Below, piece after piece: positions 25,871 through 37,600 of a stretch of DNA of 61,162 nucleotides. The notes under the pieces are model-generated. The model worked only from the letters and a program-made list of their open reading frames with translations, was not told where the DNA came from and made no database searches. The stretch lies in the NCBI RefSeq assembly GCF_026571515.1, contig NW_026855855.1:124001-185162 (forward strand), read 5' to 3'. Source of the stretch: Ruditapes philippinarum (Eukaryota). Position 1 is the first letter of the stretch. Every line of letters begins with the position of its first letter. The translations under genes and the position numbers were made by a program.

Positions 25871-27289
25871 CATATGTCCGAGAATGAAGCATCCATGCCG
25901 GTCCACTATGGTAGTCACATCGGGGGCGTCTTTTTCATGCCGAATCTTCTGGTAGGTAGCCCGTGGTGGTGAAGGGGTCTACAACACTGCCAAGGCATCA
26001 GCTTCCTGACCAACGATAACAAAAACGACCCTTGCAAGACAGGTCCACCAATCATCTCTGGCAAACTCCTCACAGCGGTTACGTCACGCTTTGCTACTTA
26101 AACTGTACTGATCAGGGGAAGTAACCGCTGCGGCTTCTCCGCGACGTGCACGCCTCTGGAGGGATTTGGAGAAGAACCGGTGATACCGGCACTTTCCCCT
26201 ACAAATGATGAATGGCCTTGTCCTGACTTAAAGGTGGACAAGTCTATTTAAGATATTTAGCGGGGTATAAATTATATAAAGATATAAATATATACATGTA
26301 GTCATAAAAGAAGTACATGGTCGCGCTCTTGCGCGCACGCAAAATCAGTGTAAATCACACACTTCTCCGAATTAAAAGCGGTGGAAGATGGCATATTTCG
26401 TGCATGCAATGAAATCATTTATGAATTTTAGGGCCCTAATTTGGCCTAGAAATGCATTAATTTTTATTTTTCAAAAACTTTTTTTTATTTTTAGTAACCT
26501 TTAGTTTCTAAAAGTTACTGATTGACCGGTTACCTGAACCATCTTTTGCTTATTTTGCATTTTGGCAATTAGTACAGTTGCAGTGATTTAGTATTTTGTA
26601 TGGAAGTCATAATACTGCTTTGTTTACATTTTGCTACTTGCATGACAAATAAATTTACATTCCAGTTGAAGGCCATATTGCATGTTCTTAAACCTTTATT
26701 TAAACGTTATAAATCTTATAGACAGGACTGATTTTGAGAATTTGGCTCTCTATAAGATGCTAGAGGCATTTTGTAGTACAAGTGGTATCTTGGTGTATTT
26801 AACCTATTTAAGGTATGCTGAATCCGATAAAGGTGGATACCAAATTGAAAAACTTGATCTTGACTATTGAAATTGCCATTTAAAATGACCATTAAAATGG
26901 CCGCCAAATTTCTTTATCATAAATGGATGATAGATCAAATAAAACTTTTAAGGAGAGGAAAAGCCATTAAATTTGTCACAAAGCATGTTTAGGTAAAAAC
27001 TAATTAGACACCAAAACAGAATTAAAAAAAAAACAATCCAATAGGGCCGAAAAATCCAAGATGGCAGACATTTTTCTATATGCAAATATAATAGTAATAT
27101 AAAAGGAATATTAAAGATAGTATTACACTACACTCTTCCCTGCCCTATCTGCTTTCATGTATTTTATCTGGTACTGTATGCAAGCATATAGAGTGGCTAC
27201 TCAGATGCCTACTTACACAGCGTGCTATGTGTGAGGGGGTTAAAACGTGTGCATGCAAAATATACATTAATTAACCTTTCTCTTGGGTT

Positions 27290-28410
27290 TTGGTGTTCGT
27301 TTTTCTGTTATCGGTTCTCGTCGCAGTTCTCTTTTTGTCAGTTCTTCTGTTATTGGTCGTGATCTTCGTTCTTCTGTAATCGGTCCTGGTCTCAGTTTTT
27401 TTGTTGTTAGATGTTCTGTTGTCGGTTCTCGTCTCTGTTTTTATGTTATCGATCATCGTCTTCGTTCTACTGTTATTGGTTCTCGTCTTCGTTCGTCTCC
27501 GTTCTTCTGTCATCCGTTCTCGTCTCTATTCTTCTGCAATCAGTTTTCTTGTTGTTAATTCTTCTGTCATCGGTTCCCGTCTTAGTTATCCAGAGACGTC
27601 TTCATTCTTCGGTCAGCAGTCCTCGTCTATGTTATTCTGATACCGTCTCCGTTGTCTTGTTGTCAGTTCTTCTGTTATCGGTCCCTGTCCTGTTCTGTTA
27701 TCGGCTCTCGTCTCTTTTCTTCTTTAATTAGTCCTGGTTTCCGTTTTCATGTTGTTAATTGTTCGGTTCACGTCTCTGTTATCGATATCCGTTCCATTCG
27801 TCTGTCATTAGTTTTTGTCTATGTACTTCTGTTATCGGTCATCGTTTGTATTTTTCTGTTATCGATTTTCGTCTCCGTTATCTTGTTGTCCCTGTCCTGT
27901 TCTGTTATCGGTTCTTGTCTCCGTTCTCCTTCGTTCTTCTGTTATCGGTTCTCGTCTCTTTTCTTCTGTAATCAGTCCTGGTCGCCGTTGTCCTGATGTC
28001 CTCTGATTATCGTTCTCTGTATCTGTTTTTCTGTTATCGGTCCACGTCTATGTTGGCTTGTTGTCAGTTCGTTTGTTATCGGTCCCTGTCTCTGTTCTTC
28101 TGTTATCGACGTATATATTCGCTTGTTGTCAGTTCTTCTGTTATCGGTCCCTGTCTCTGTTCTTCTGTTAGCGGTCCTCGTCTCTGTTCGCTTGTTGTCA
28201 GTTCTTGTCTCCGTTCTTCGGTCTTGTACTTTCGGTACTTGTTTCCTGCTCCGTTAAGGTCTTCTCTTGTTTCTATCGTTGCCGTCATTATGTGTCCATT
28301 GACCTCGTTTCGTCAGTCTTGTCATTTATTCGTTCAGTGGAGTAGCGGGGGATCGAACTCACGACCCCTTGATTTGTAGGCAGACAGTGTTACCACTGCA
28401 CCATAGCGCC
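27290..28410 (-). mobile_element. tRNA-like head (28338-28410) followed by ~1 kb of degenerate GACCGATAACAGAAGA-type repeats
   Basis: Minus strand reads GGCGCTATGGTGCAGTGGTAACACTGTCTGCCTACAAATCAAGGGGTCGTGAGTTCGATCCCCCGCTACTCCA (A and B boxes, tRNA-Val-like, poor acceptor pairing). On the plus strand a TTCTGTTATCGGT motif recurs dozens of times over 27300-28250. Confidence 0.6.
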
Positions 28411-29718
28411 CGCTCTGAATAATGACCATTTTTGAAAATCCTTTATACATTAAATACTATTTCAATGGCTAACAAAGGGTGTATTACAATTATATTTTAA
28501 CACCTCTACTATGTAGCCAACCCACGTGACTTTTATATATGGTCAAATAAAATATTACTCGATTTATAATAAATAATATTTTTATAGATGACTTTGCTGT
28601 TACTTTAAGATATCCTGAAAATTTATTGGAGGGTACCCGGAATTCTAATGTATATCGAATGATGTGATAATCTTCTTGTAGAATTATCTCAAAACCGTGA
28701 CTGAATTCCAAAATTTTCGAGAGCTGCCATGGTAAAGCAAGCACACGTAGCAATCTCCCGGTCTCAGGCATGTTATGACTCGATGAATATATGGTGTTGT
28801 TATTGTTGTTGTTGTTGTTGTTTTTAACTTTAAATTTCAAATTAAATAGTCACTTATTTTTAAACAAGATAGTAAACATTTGTTGTTTTCTGTATTTTTG
28901 TTAAGAATGTGATAAGTATACACTTCTAACTTTAAGATGACTTTTTAATATTATCGATTATCCATCGTATACCTGATTGCAGTTTTAATTGAATCTAAAA
29001 AATGAATTATGCACATATTATTTTCGGCAGAAAACAACAAATACAAACAAAACAACACACAAAAAACATGCTATTCAACATTTCAGCAAGTGACACATTT
29101 TAATGGGACAGAAATGTTGTTGTAACCATTTAAAAAGTAGGATTTGTAAATTTGTAAGTTGGATATTTTTAACCTAGTTTGCTCAACACTCAATTAACAC
29201 ATTTTTATATATAAACCTGAGGTAAAAAAAATTGACAGAAAACAACTTTCATAGATTGAGATAGAGCCAAGATGTCGTAGATATTTGGGTTACAAAAGGA
29301 GTTTTTGATCCTGATAATGTTAAGTAGGATATACATACATGTATTACAAGCTTATATTCTTAAAATTTTGTACCGTCTTAATTCAGTTTTTTTTTTAAAT
29401 ACGTGCAATTATGTAATTATTGTGTCTTTAGTTAGTTTCTGGAGAAAAGGCTTAACAAAGGTGGTATCTTTTATTTAATAGATAATTTTTATAATGTGTC
29501 ACATGTCGCATTGAAAAGAGATTTTGTGATGATTTTGCGTACACTTAATCCAGCTTTTGCATGTTGGAACAACAATACATTGTAGTTATACACGGCCTCA
29601 TTGCTTATTTTGTATAGTCTTATTTTATTGACCTGTCAACAGCACTTATTGAAATATAAGATTACACTTCGATTTCGTTGGTAATGTTTACGAGATAAAT
29701 ATGGAGTATATAGAGGAC

Positions 29719-30895
29719 ATTTGTTTGTTTGTGTGTAAGATGAAATTTTATTTCATCGAGTGGGCTTTAAAAACAGTATTCCCACGAGTGGCGTGGCCAC
29801 GAGTGTGAATACTGTTTTTAAAGTTCACGAGATGAAATAAAATTACATCTGACACAACAAACAAACAAATTTTCTTTTTATTTTATGTTCAAAAATAAGT
29901 TAAAACGAAAATTCCTTGATATTAACTTTAATATTAAAATCTGTTTTCCCCACTAGTAGCCTCTATTATGTACGTGTATTAGTCGAATTTCTCATAAAAT
30001 ACAAGAATTCTTGGGCTGAAAAATAAGTTCGACAATCAACGTTAAATGGCGATGAAATTATTCATTTTATTAAAAAAAATATGAATGATCGCTTATTTTA
30101 ATAATAAAAACAACAATTTTAGTGGGAGAAAAAGTCCAACCATCCATCTATATTTCTGCTACTTACTGCGAATTTATATTAGAGCTGGCTCTGTTAAATG
30201 TAAGCGGCCGCCATTTTTAAAAGTTGTGTATTTCACGGGAGGAAAATAATTGTGTTTGATTAAGAGGGATATCATTTGGATTTGTTAGTCATACACCATT
30301 TAAAAGAAAGAAAACTTATTTTAGGATTGTAACAGACAATTAATAAGTGTTGACAGATGTGTAAACATTTAAAAAGTGGCTAGGAAATTGGAAACTTGGA
30401 ATTGTTGAAAGGCTGCCTTACGAACGCTGGGTTGTTTACTTATTCTTCGGACTGATGGCTGTCATTGCTTTTCAAGTTTTCATAAAGCATACGGCAGTTA
30501 TTGCTCGTAGGAAACTTAAATATGCCCAAATTTCATAAAGAGCAGTTTTGCACGTGGAAGGAATGTATTTTTCAGACTATTAAAATGAAACAAAAAAAAA
30601 AATTAAGGGACGATAATTGCTGATTGGTAATTTGGATGAATAGAAGTAAGTTTTCTTCTTTTTATTACTTTTGACATTTGAGTTATTAATCAATTTCAGC
30701 TTTGATTTTCTCTAAACAGACTGACATTGTCAGAATGTCAGCAAAAATAAAATTAAGGTACCACATGGGGAAAATCTTAAGAAAGTAGTTTCGTCATTGA
30801 AAAGTGTGAAATTATATTTTTATAATTTCCACTGTGAAATTATCAAATATAATTTTCACGGATAAATCAGTATTCCACTGAAAAGCATAAAATAA
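29719..30895. mobile_element. Non-autonomous element opening with a 150-bp palindrome (Crypton-like, tentative)
   Basis: 29719-29870 is an imperfect palindrome centred on CACGAGTGGCGTGGCCACGAGTG. The far end near 30810-30895 has TGTGAAATTAT..TTTCAC repeats. Right boundary and class are tentative. Confidence 0.45.
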
Positions 30896-31399
30896 AAAAA
30901 AAACTATAAAACTAATGTTAGTGAAAGTCATATCTGCTAAAAATGTACACGTCATCGTTATGATTGACTGATGTGTGAGAGGTCTATGGTTCGATTCCTA
31001 CCGTTGCCTNNNNNNNNNNNNNNNNNNNNNNNNNNNNNNNNNNNNNNNNNNNNNNNNNNNNNNNNNNNNNNNNNNNNNNNNNNNNNNNNNNNNNNNNNNN
31101 NNNNNNNNNNNNNNNNNNNNNNNNNNNNNNNNNNNNNNGGGCGCAGTATATACTATAAACACTTTTTTGTCTCGGTTTGTGTTGTGTTTATGTTATTGAA
31201 ATGAAATTTTTTGACTTTTCAAAATTTTTTGAATATTCATTTTAAACCATAAATACCATAATAAGTGCAAAATATATGAAAACAAAATGAACAACTTAAA
31301 AAAATCATAGCTACAAATAATGTTGAAAATTACGGAACACCTGAAGTGACATTTTCCACATTTTCTCTCTGAATTGAATTCGTTTTTACAGATAAATAA

Positions 31400-31515
31400 T
31401 AAATATTATTTCGTTTTAACGAAATATAAAATCTTAATTACGAAATATTGATTCGTTATTACGAAATATTATTTCGTATTTACGAAATATTAATTTGTTA
31501 TTACGAAATATTTAT
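31400..31515. repeat. 21-bp minisatellite (ACGAAATATT-ATTCGTTATT type), about 5 copies
   Basis: ACGAAATAT recurs with a 21-bp period. Confidence 0.75.
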
Positions 31516-31908
31516 TCTTTGGTAATACTTATAAACTAAGTTTATTGTTAGATATAAGTCAAGTAAACAAAACATTAAAAGTGATTTTTTTCAATCTTAG
31601 TCTTATACCTTAACGCGCTAGTAAAACAGTACTGTATATACTGTTTATTGAGCCATTAGGCTTATAATCGCTATATTTGGTGTCCAATCTCATTTAAATC
31701 TGATCATATTGAATAATCATTTGATTTAGACAAGAATAATTAATTGCATCATATTGTATCATAGTTTTAATGACCTTTTTTAGTATTTTTAAGCGGCCAT
31801 TTTGAATTGACCTTTTGAAGGTCAATGTCAATTTTATTTTCTTGGTATCCACCCTCATCGTCTTCAGCTTACCCATATTAGGTTAAAACACTCAAGATAT
31901 TACTTGTA

Positions 31909-33031
31909 TGATTAAGACGACCGTAGGGAGTCTTATCGAACTCTTACCCATATAACTGCAAATCGACTCTTACAACTCAATATCAGATAAAAATATAGAA
32001 AGTGTCACCTCTTTAATTAAGCATAACATTATTTTTCCCCAGCAGTCACTTACAAACAAGGATGGGGTCCAATCACTTAACCTGGCATGTAAAACAATGA
32101 GTTTTCAACAATACCTAGGATTGTTTATGCAATTCATTCCTGTCATATGAAACAAAATAATGTTTTGCTTACTTTTTCTAGAAAATATAAACAGTCAACA
32201 ATTAATAATAGTTAAAAGGATATCAAAAAGTTACTGTGTACTCATTTGTCTCTGCGAGCTGAGCTCCACGTGTATTATCTATGTAATAAATTTGAATGTA
32301 TCCTCACATTGCTACAGTGTTATCAGCCTTTTTAGAAACACCTGATCTGGCTAATTAAAATATGCCAATCACAATTTTCACTATCGGCACTGGTTTTTTC
32401 ATGAAAAAGCGGCTACACTAATTACTGCCGAGTAAGAGCCGAGTTGCAGTTATGTACTATAACTGCAAATCGGCTCTTACTCGGCAGTAATTAGTGTAGC
32501 CGCTATTTCATGAAGAAACCAGTGCTGATATTGAAAATTGTGATTGGCATATTTTAATTAGCCAGGTCAGGTGTTTCTAAAAAGGCTGATAACACTGTAG
32601 CAATGTGAGGATACATTCAAATTTATTACATAGATAATGCACGTGGAGCTCAGCTCGCAAAGACAAATGTGAACACAGTAACTTTTTGCTATCCTTTAAA
32701 CTCTATGAAAAATGTCAATTATTAATTGCTGACTGTTTTATGTTTTCTAGAAAAAGTAAGCAAAACATTATTTTGTTTCATTAACAGGAATGAATTGCAT
32801 TAACAATCCTAGGTATTGTTGAAAACTCATTGTTTTACATGCCAGATTAAGTAATATGACCCCATCCTTGTTTGTACGTGACTGTCGGAGAAAAATAATG
32901 TTATGCTTAATAAAAGAGGTGACACTTTCTATATTTTTATCTGATATCAAGTTGTAAGAGCCGATTTGCAGTTATATGGGTAAGAGTTCGATAAGACTCC
33001 CTACGGTCGTCTTAATACGAACTCTTACCCA
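31909..33031. mobile_element. 1.1-kb foldback (near-complete palindrome) element with hairpin cap and TA target duplication
   Basis: 31911-32453 is the reverse complement of 32458-33016, centred on GTAC at ~32455. Flanks CTTGTA| ... |TACATAAAATGCCTCTAGC rejoin into a sequence also present, uninterrupted and inverted, at 26757-26810. Confidence 0.85.
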
Positions 33032-33888
33032 TACATAAAATGCCTCTAGCATTCATATTTTCTTAAAATCAGTCCTGTCTATAATGTTTGCCCTTTGTAA
33101 AGATGGAAAAATTTATTCATTTCAGAGGCATAGTGTGCCTTTAAAAAGTATTTAGGATTTATATAGCAGGGTCAATCGGACACACCTCGGGCGAACTTGA
33201 CGGAGATTGCCGAGTTGTTACGATTGATAGCAGGGTATCGGAAATTAGACGTCCTGTAGTTAACCTTGAAATACGCTACATAGGTCATTTTACAAGGCCG
33301 TAATAAAATGCTAAACGTATAGACTAAATAATGACGCTATTAGTAGTTTTGACTTTTTTTCGTTTCTTGCGATCTGTTTTGCACGTATTGCTCGAGAAAA
33401 ACGTATATATACATGTATTATTTGTTTGTAAACAAATCACCTTTTTTTCACGTACATATTGTATATATACAGAAGGTGAAGGTCGTTTTTGTTTACATCA
33501 ACTACATCCCGTAACAAAACATAGTTTGAGTTTAAAACTCGCTATTCATTATTCAATATTCGCGAAACTATCGTATATTCAATAACAGATATTGCACAGG
33601 CTGTTGGATAGGAGAGTAGGCTATAACTGCGTCCTAGATACTTGAAGATAGCATTAAATCATTTGGACTTATATTACAAATATAGCACTACGATTTGAGA
33701 AATTGGTAGGAAGTTATAAAAGAACATTTTGTGTTACATACATGACTTATATCCAAACAAAAATTGGGTTGAATTAGGTAGAAATCTCAAGGATTTACAT
33801 TTGAAAAACTCTGTTTATTAACGCATCAAGTTATAGTTGATGCGTTTTCAGTGGCGATGTTAAATATTGTTGTTAATTTATTTCAGAA

Positions 33889-34509
33889 ATGGATAAAAAG
33901 GAATTAAGAGAGTACCTCGGACAAAATCAGCACTATCACCCGGAGGCAAACCCCCACCCTACCAATCAACACTGGTGGAATAACCTTCATTTGAAACAGG
34001 TAAAGGTCTTGTAAACTTCAATAATATTTAATTAATACTTTTGGTAGTTTAAATAAACCTTGATTGGATCTGACCTTCAAATTTCATGTTCGTTATTAAT
34101 GACTCATGTTTATTTATAAGCTCGTCTGTTATGGAAGAAACGTCAAGGATGCATAGGACCAGCAACTGTCCGACGAGTATAGTCCCTTCGTTGTCCGGGA
34201 TCTCTTTCGTCGGGCGATCATAAGGATGTCATTCTTGCATAGATCTCACAATTTTATGTTTGATATTTTTAAATTTCTGGTAAACAGGATTAGCTGATCC
34301 ACCGATGTCTGTTTTTTTCTTTGTAGACTGCACCAGAGAGTTCAAGCACCAGTGTTAAACCCGCTCAATGTACGTCTGGCATTCCGCCGCCGCCGCAGCA
34401 GCAGCCGCAACAACAACAACAACAACAAACTGGGCAGACGACAGAACCTCAGAATATGAAAAGGATTGATTCTAAAAGTGTTTATATGGGATTAGATTTT
34501 TCTGATTGA
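33889..34509 (+). CDS. Candidate small spliced orphan gene or gene remnant (97 aa, polyP/polyQ)
   Basis: Exon 33889-33999 (MDKKELREYLGQNQHYHPEANPHPTNQHWWNNLHLKQ, donor CAG|GTAAAG) joins in phase 0 to 34327-34509 (pyrimidine tract + TAG acceptor; TAPESSSTSVKPAQCTSGIPPPPQQQPQQQQQQQTGQTTEPQNMKRIDSKSVYMGLDFSD*). AATAAA at ~34613. No homology recognised. Confidence 0.3.
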
Positions 34510-34650
34510 TGTTTTTGTAAATATAAAAAAAACTATATTTTTTTATAATTTAGGATCAGGAAATCGGAAACACAGAAAACGGACACTGGGCTGGTTTGAT
34601 ATATGTTGCAGTAATAAATTACTACTAACTTGGCTTCAATATTGAATTAT

Positions 34651-37600
34651 GTTTTCAAAGTTTCAAAGTTTATTTCAATCAAAACCATTAGGCTTAAAAG
34701 CCCATGAGGCATACATATACAAAACTTTATGACGAACAGTTTATATATTTAACAATAATTTCATTTAACAATATATCTTGCAAACAAAGTTTACTTTGGA
34801 GAAGGTTTTTTCAACCTTAATCACCCTTACCAATTGTGACATATTTCGAACTAAATTTCATGTTACCTCTTTCCAGTTTTAAAGTCAACCTTTTAACGAA
34901 ACGAAACATAAAGGCGACTGACTGGAGTGAACATAATACTAAGATAAACTACATGACCAATGTACTTTTCTGTGTTATAAGACCATTGTGCTACATATGA
35001 AAGACAACTTAACACAATACACATTAATATCCATTATATAGATACAGCACCATAAGTGATAATGCATTCGATAAATTAAAACTTTACATGATTAACAATC
35101 TAGATAAATATTTGTATAACATATACCTTATTTCAATTACCATATAATATTTCGTTACGTTTTTTAAAAGCAGTATGTATGAAAGTTCCAAGCATTCTTA
35201 CTATCATCTGGTTTTCGTTATTCATCAATTCTATAAATTTGTACATATTTGGCCGTCGCCAATATTTTGATAATATATATTTATGTCTTAGTTCATCGTA
35301 CAACTTGCATTCAATAATAAAATGATACTCGTCTTCTAAGACGTTACAAAAGTTACATAATCTTTCATTTACTGGTATAGTCGCCGGTCTTGACCAACGA
35401 CCTGCTTCTATTTGCAGTCTATGTGACGAAACTCTTAATCTAACAAAAGATTGACAAAATTTATTATTTGCAAAGTGTTCTTCGTAGGGTTAAAACCTTA
35501 AATTCGAAAAAGTTCGATAAAACAATGCTTTACAAGAATTATCTTATTTATTATGCCAATTCTGCTTGGATTAATCGTGTAACCTTTGTTTAAGTAAAGA
35601 AAAAATGAATTACTATTACCAATATTTCGTTGCAGCCATACATCATTAAAACCAAGTGCAGAAGGTAAGTTTTTTTTACTAAAGAGCACCAATTTACTTT
35701 ACTCGGTGCATTTTCTAAATCATTTTTGAGCATATTATATACCAAAGACACATATTTATTTTCTTCTGTATGTACAACTTTGACCCAATATTTTATTATG
35801 TTATAATAGTGTATTGTCTTAAAACTAAATCTACCTAGTTCACCGTAAATAAAATCATTTTGTGTGGTCTTTTTCACTCCTAGTACTTTCTTGCAAAACT
35901 GTAAATGTACCCTTTCTATTGTCAAAATTTTTAGCAAAACCACACACTTCACTTCCATAATTTAGAATAGGAGCTACTAATTTATCAAATAAATCAAATT
36001 TATGCTTAGGAGTTATATATGTGAATTTATACAAATATTTGTTTAACTTAAAAATAGCTTTTTGAGCTTGTCCAGCTAGTGTACTTTGTGCTGTAGATAA
36101 AGATCCACCACTTGTAAAAACAATACCTAAATAAGAAAACTTACTAACTATTTCAATTTCTTCATCGTCGCAATAAAATTTAAGATTTCTAGGAATGGTT
36201 CCACCTCGTCTAAATATCATTACTTTTGTTTTTGTTGTGTTTACTTTCATTTTCCAAGTTTTACAATAATCTGCTAATAAATTTATATTCTGTTGCAATT
36301 CTTCTGCAGAGTTACCAAAAATTACAATGTCATCTGCATATAGTAATATATATATTTTTAAACATGCAAACATCTATTCCCTGTGATCCACTGTGGATGT
36401 AAATATCTTCTAAGTCATTGATACAAAGTGAAAAGAGGAAGGGAGATAAGCATTCCCCTTGTCTAACGCCAAGCATGCATGGGAAATCACTACTTAATTT
36501 ATTCATTCATATATTTACTCTTGACTTAACTGATTGATACATAGACTTCATGATATTTAAAATATTTCCTCTAAGACCTAATTTTATTAATTTGTACCAC
36601 AAATTCTCTCTAACCACATAATCAAAAGCTTTAGAAAAATCGACAAATAAAGCAAACAATTGTTTTCCTTGATTTAAAACATGATTAATTAGACTATTTA
36701 ACACAAAAACATTATCTACTGTACTCATTTTTGACCGGAACCCAGCCTGAGCTTCAACATATACATTATAATTTTCAGCCCAATTCTTTAATCTATTGTT
36801 AAGTACATGCGTAAAAAGTTTACCCAGACAGCTCAATAGTGTAATGCCACGGTAATTATCTACAATATTAGCATTACCTTTTTTATATAAAGGGATAATA
36901 TAGCCCTCTGACCAAGTCTCAGGAAAATATCCGATATCAAATATTCTATTAAAAAGCTTATGTAATACAGGCACTAATACAGTTTTTACCGTTCGTAAAA
37001 AATTCATTTAACAAATAATCTGGACCACTAGACTTATTATTCTTTAACTGTTTTATAGCATGATTTATTTCATCATATGAAAAATTGTTGTTTAATTCCT
37101 CAAACATAACATTAAACTCATTATTCTCATAACGTTCTATAAAATGTATGACATCCTCATCTGGAGCAAAAAATCTACTGTCAGGATTATTTATTGCCTT
37201 AAATACATTTCAAAGGATGACAAAGATAAATTTTGTAGTTTTAACACATGCAGTTTCTTTCAGCATGTTCCAATATAGGCGTGCATTTTCAAACCTAGCA
37301 TTAACAAGTTTAATGTTTTTTCTTTATCATAATTGAAACGACATTTTCTAACAGTACTCTTATATATTGACCGTGCTTGTACCATATTTATTCTATTTAA
37401 ATCACACGGGTCATTTCTATATCTATTCAATAAGTTTAAAAATACATTTTTCTTTTCAACACATTCATTATCATACCACGGGCTATTATTTACATAACTA
37501 GGAATGCTTTCACAACCTTTCATAACAGTTTTTTTAAATAATTGGCGATGCAACTTTATCAATAATATTTTGAAAATTTTGTAAACAATCATCAATATCT

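Noticed and set aside
27271-28379. Many overlapping ORFs (hydrophobic or Arg/Thr-rich)
   Set aside because: Artefacts of a low-complexity repeat lacking stop codons.
28338-28410. Functional tRNA gene
   Set aside because: Acceptor and anticodon stems pair poorly, and it is embedded in a repeat element.
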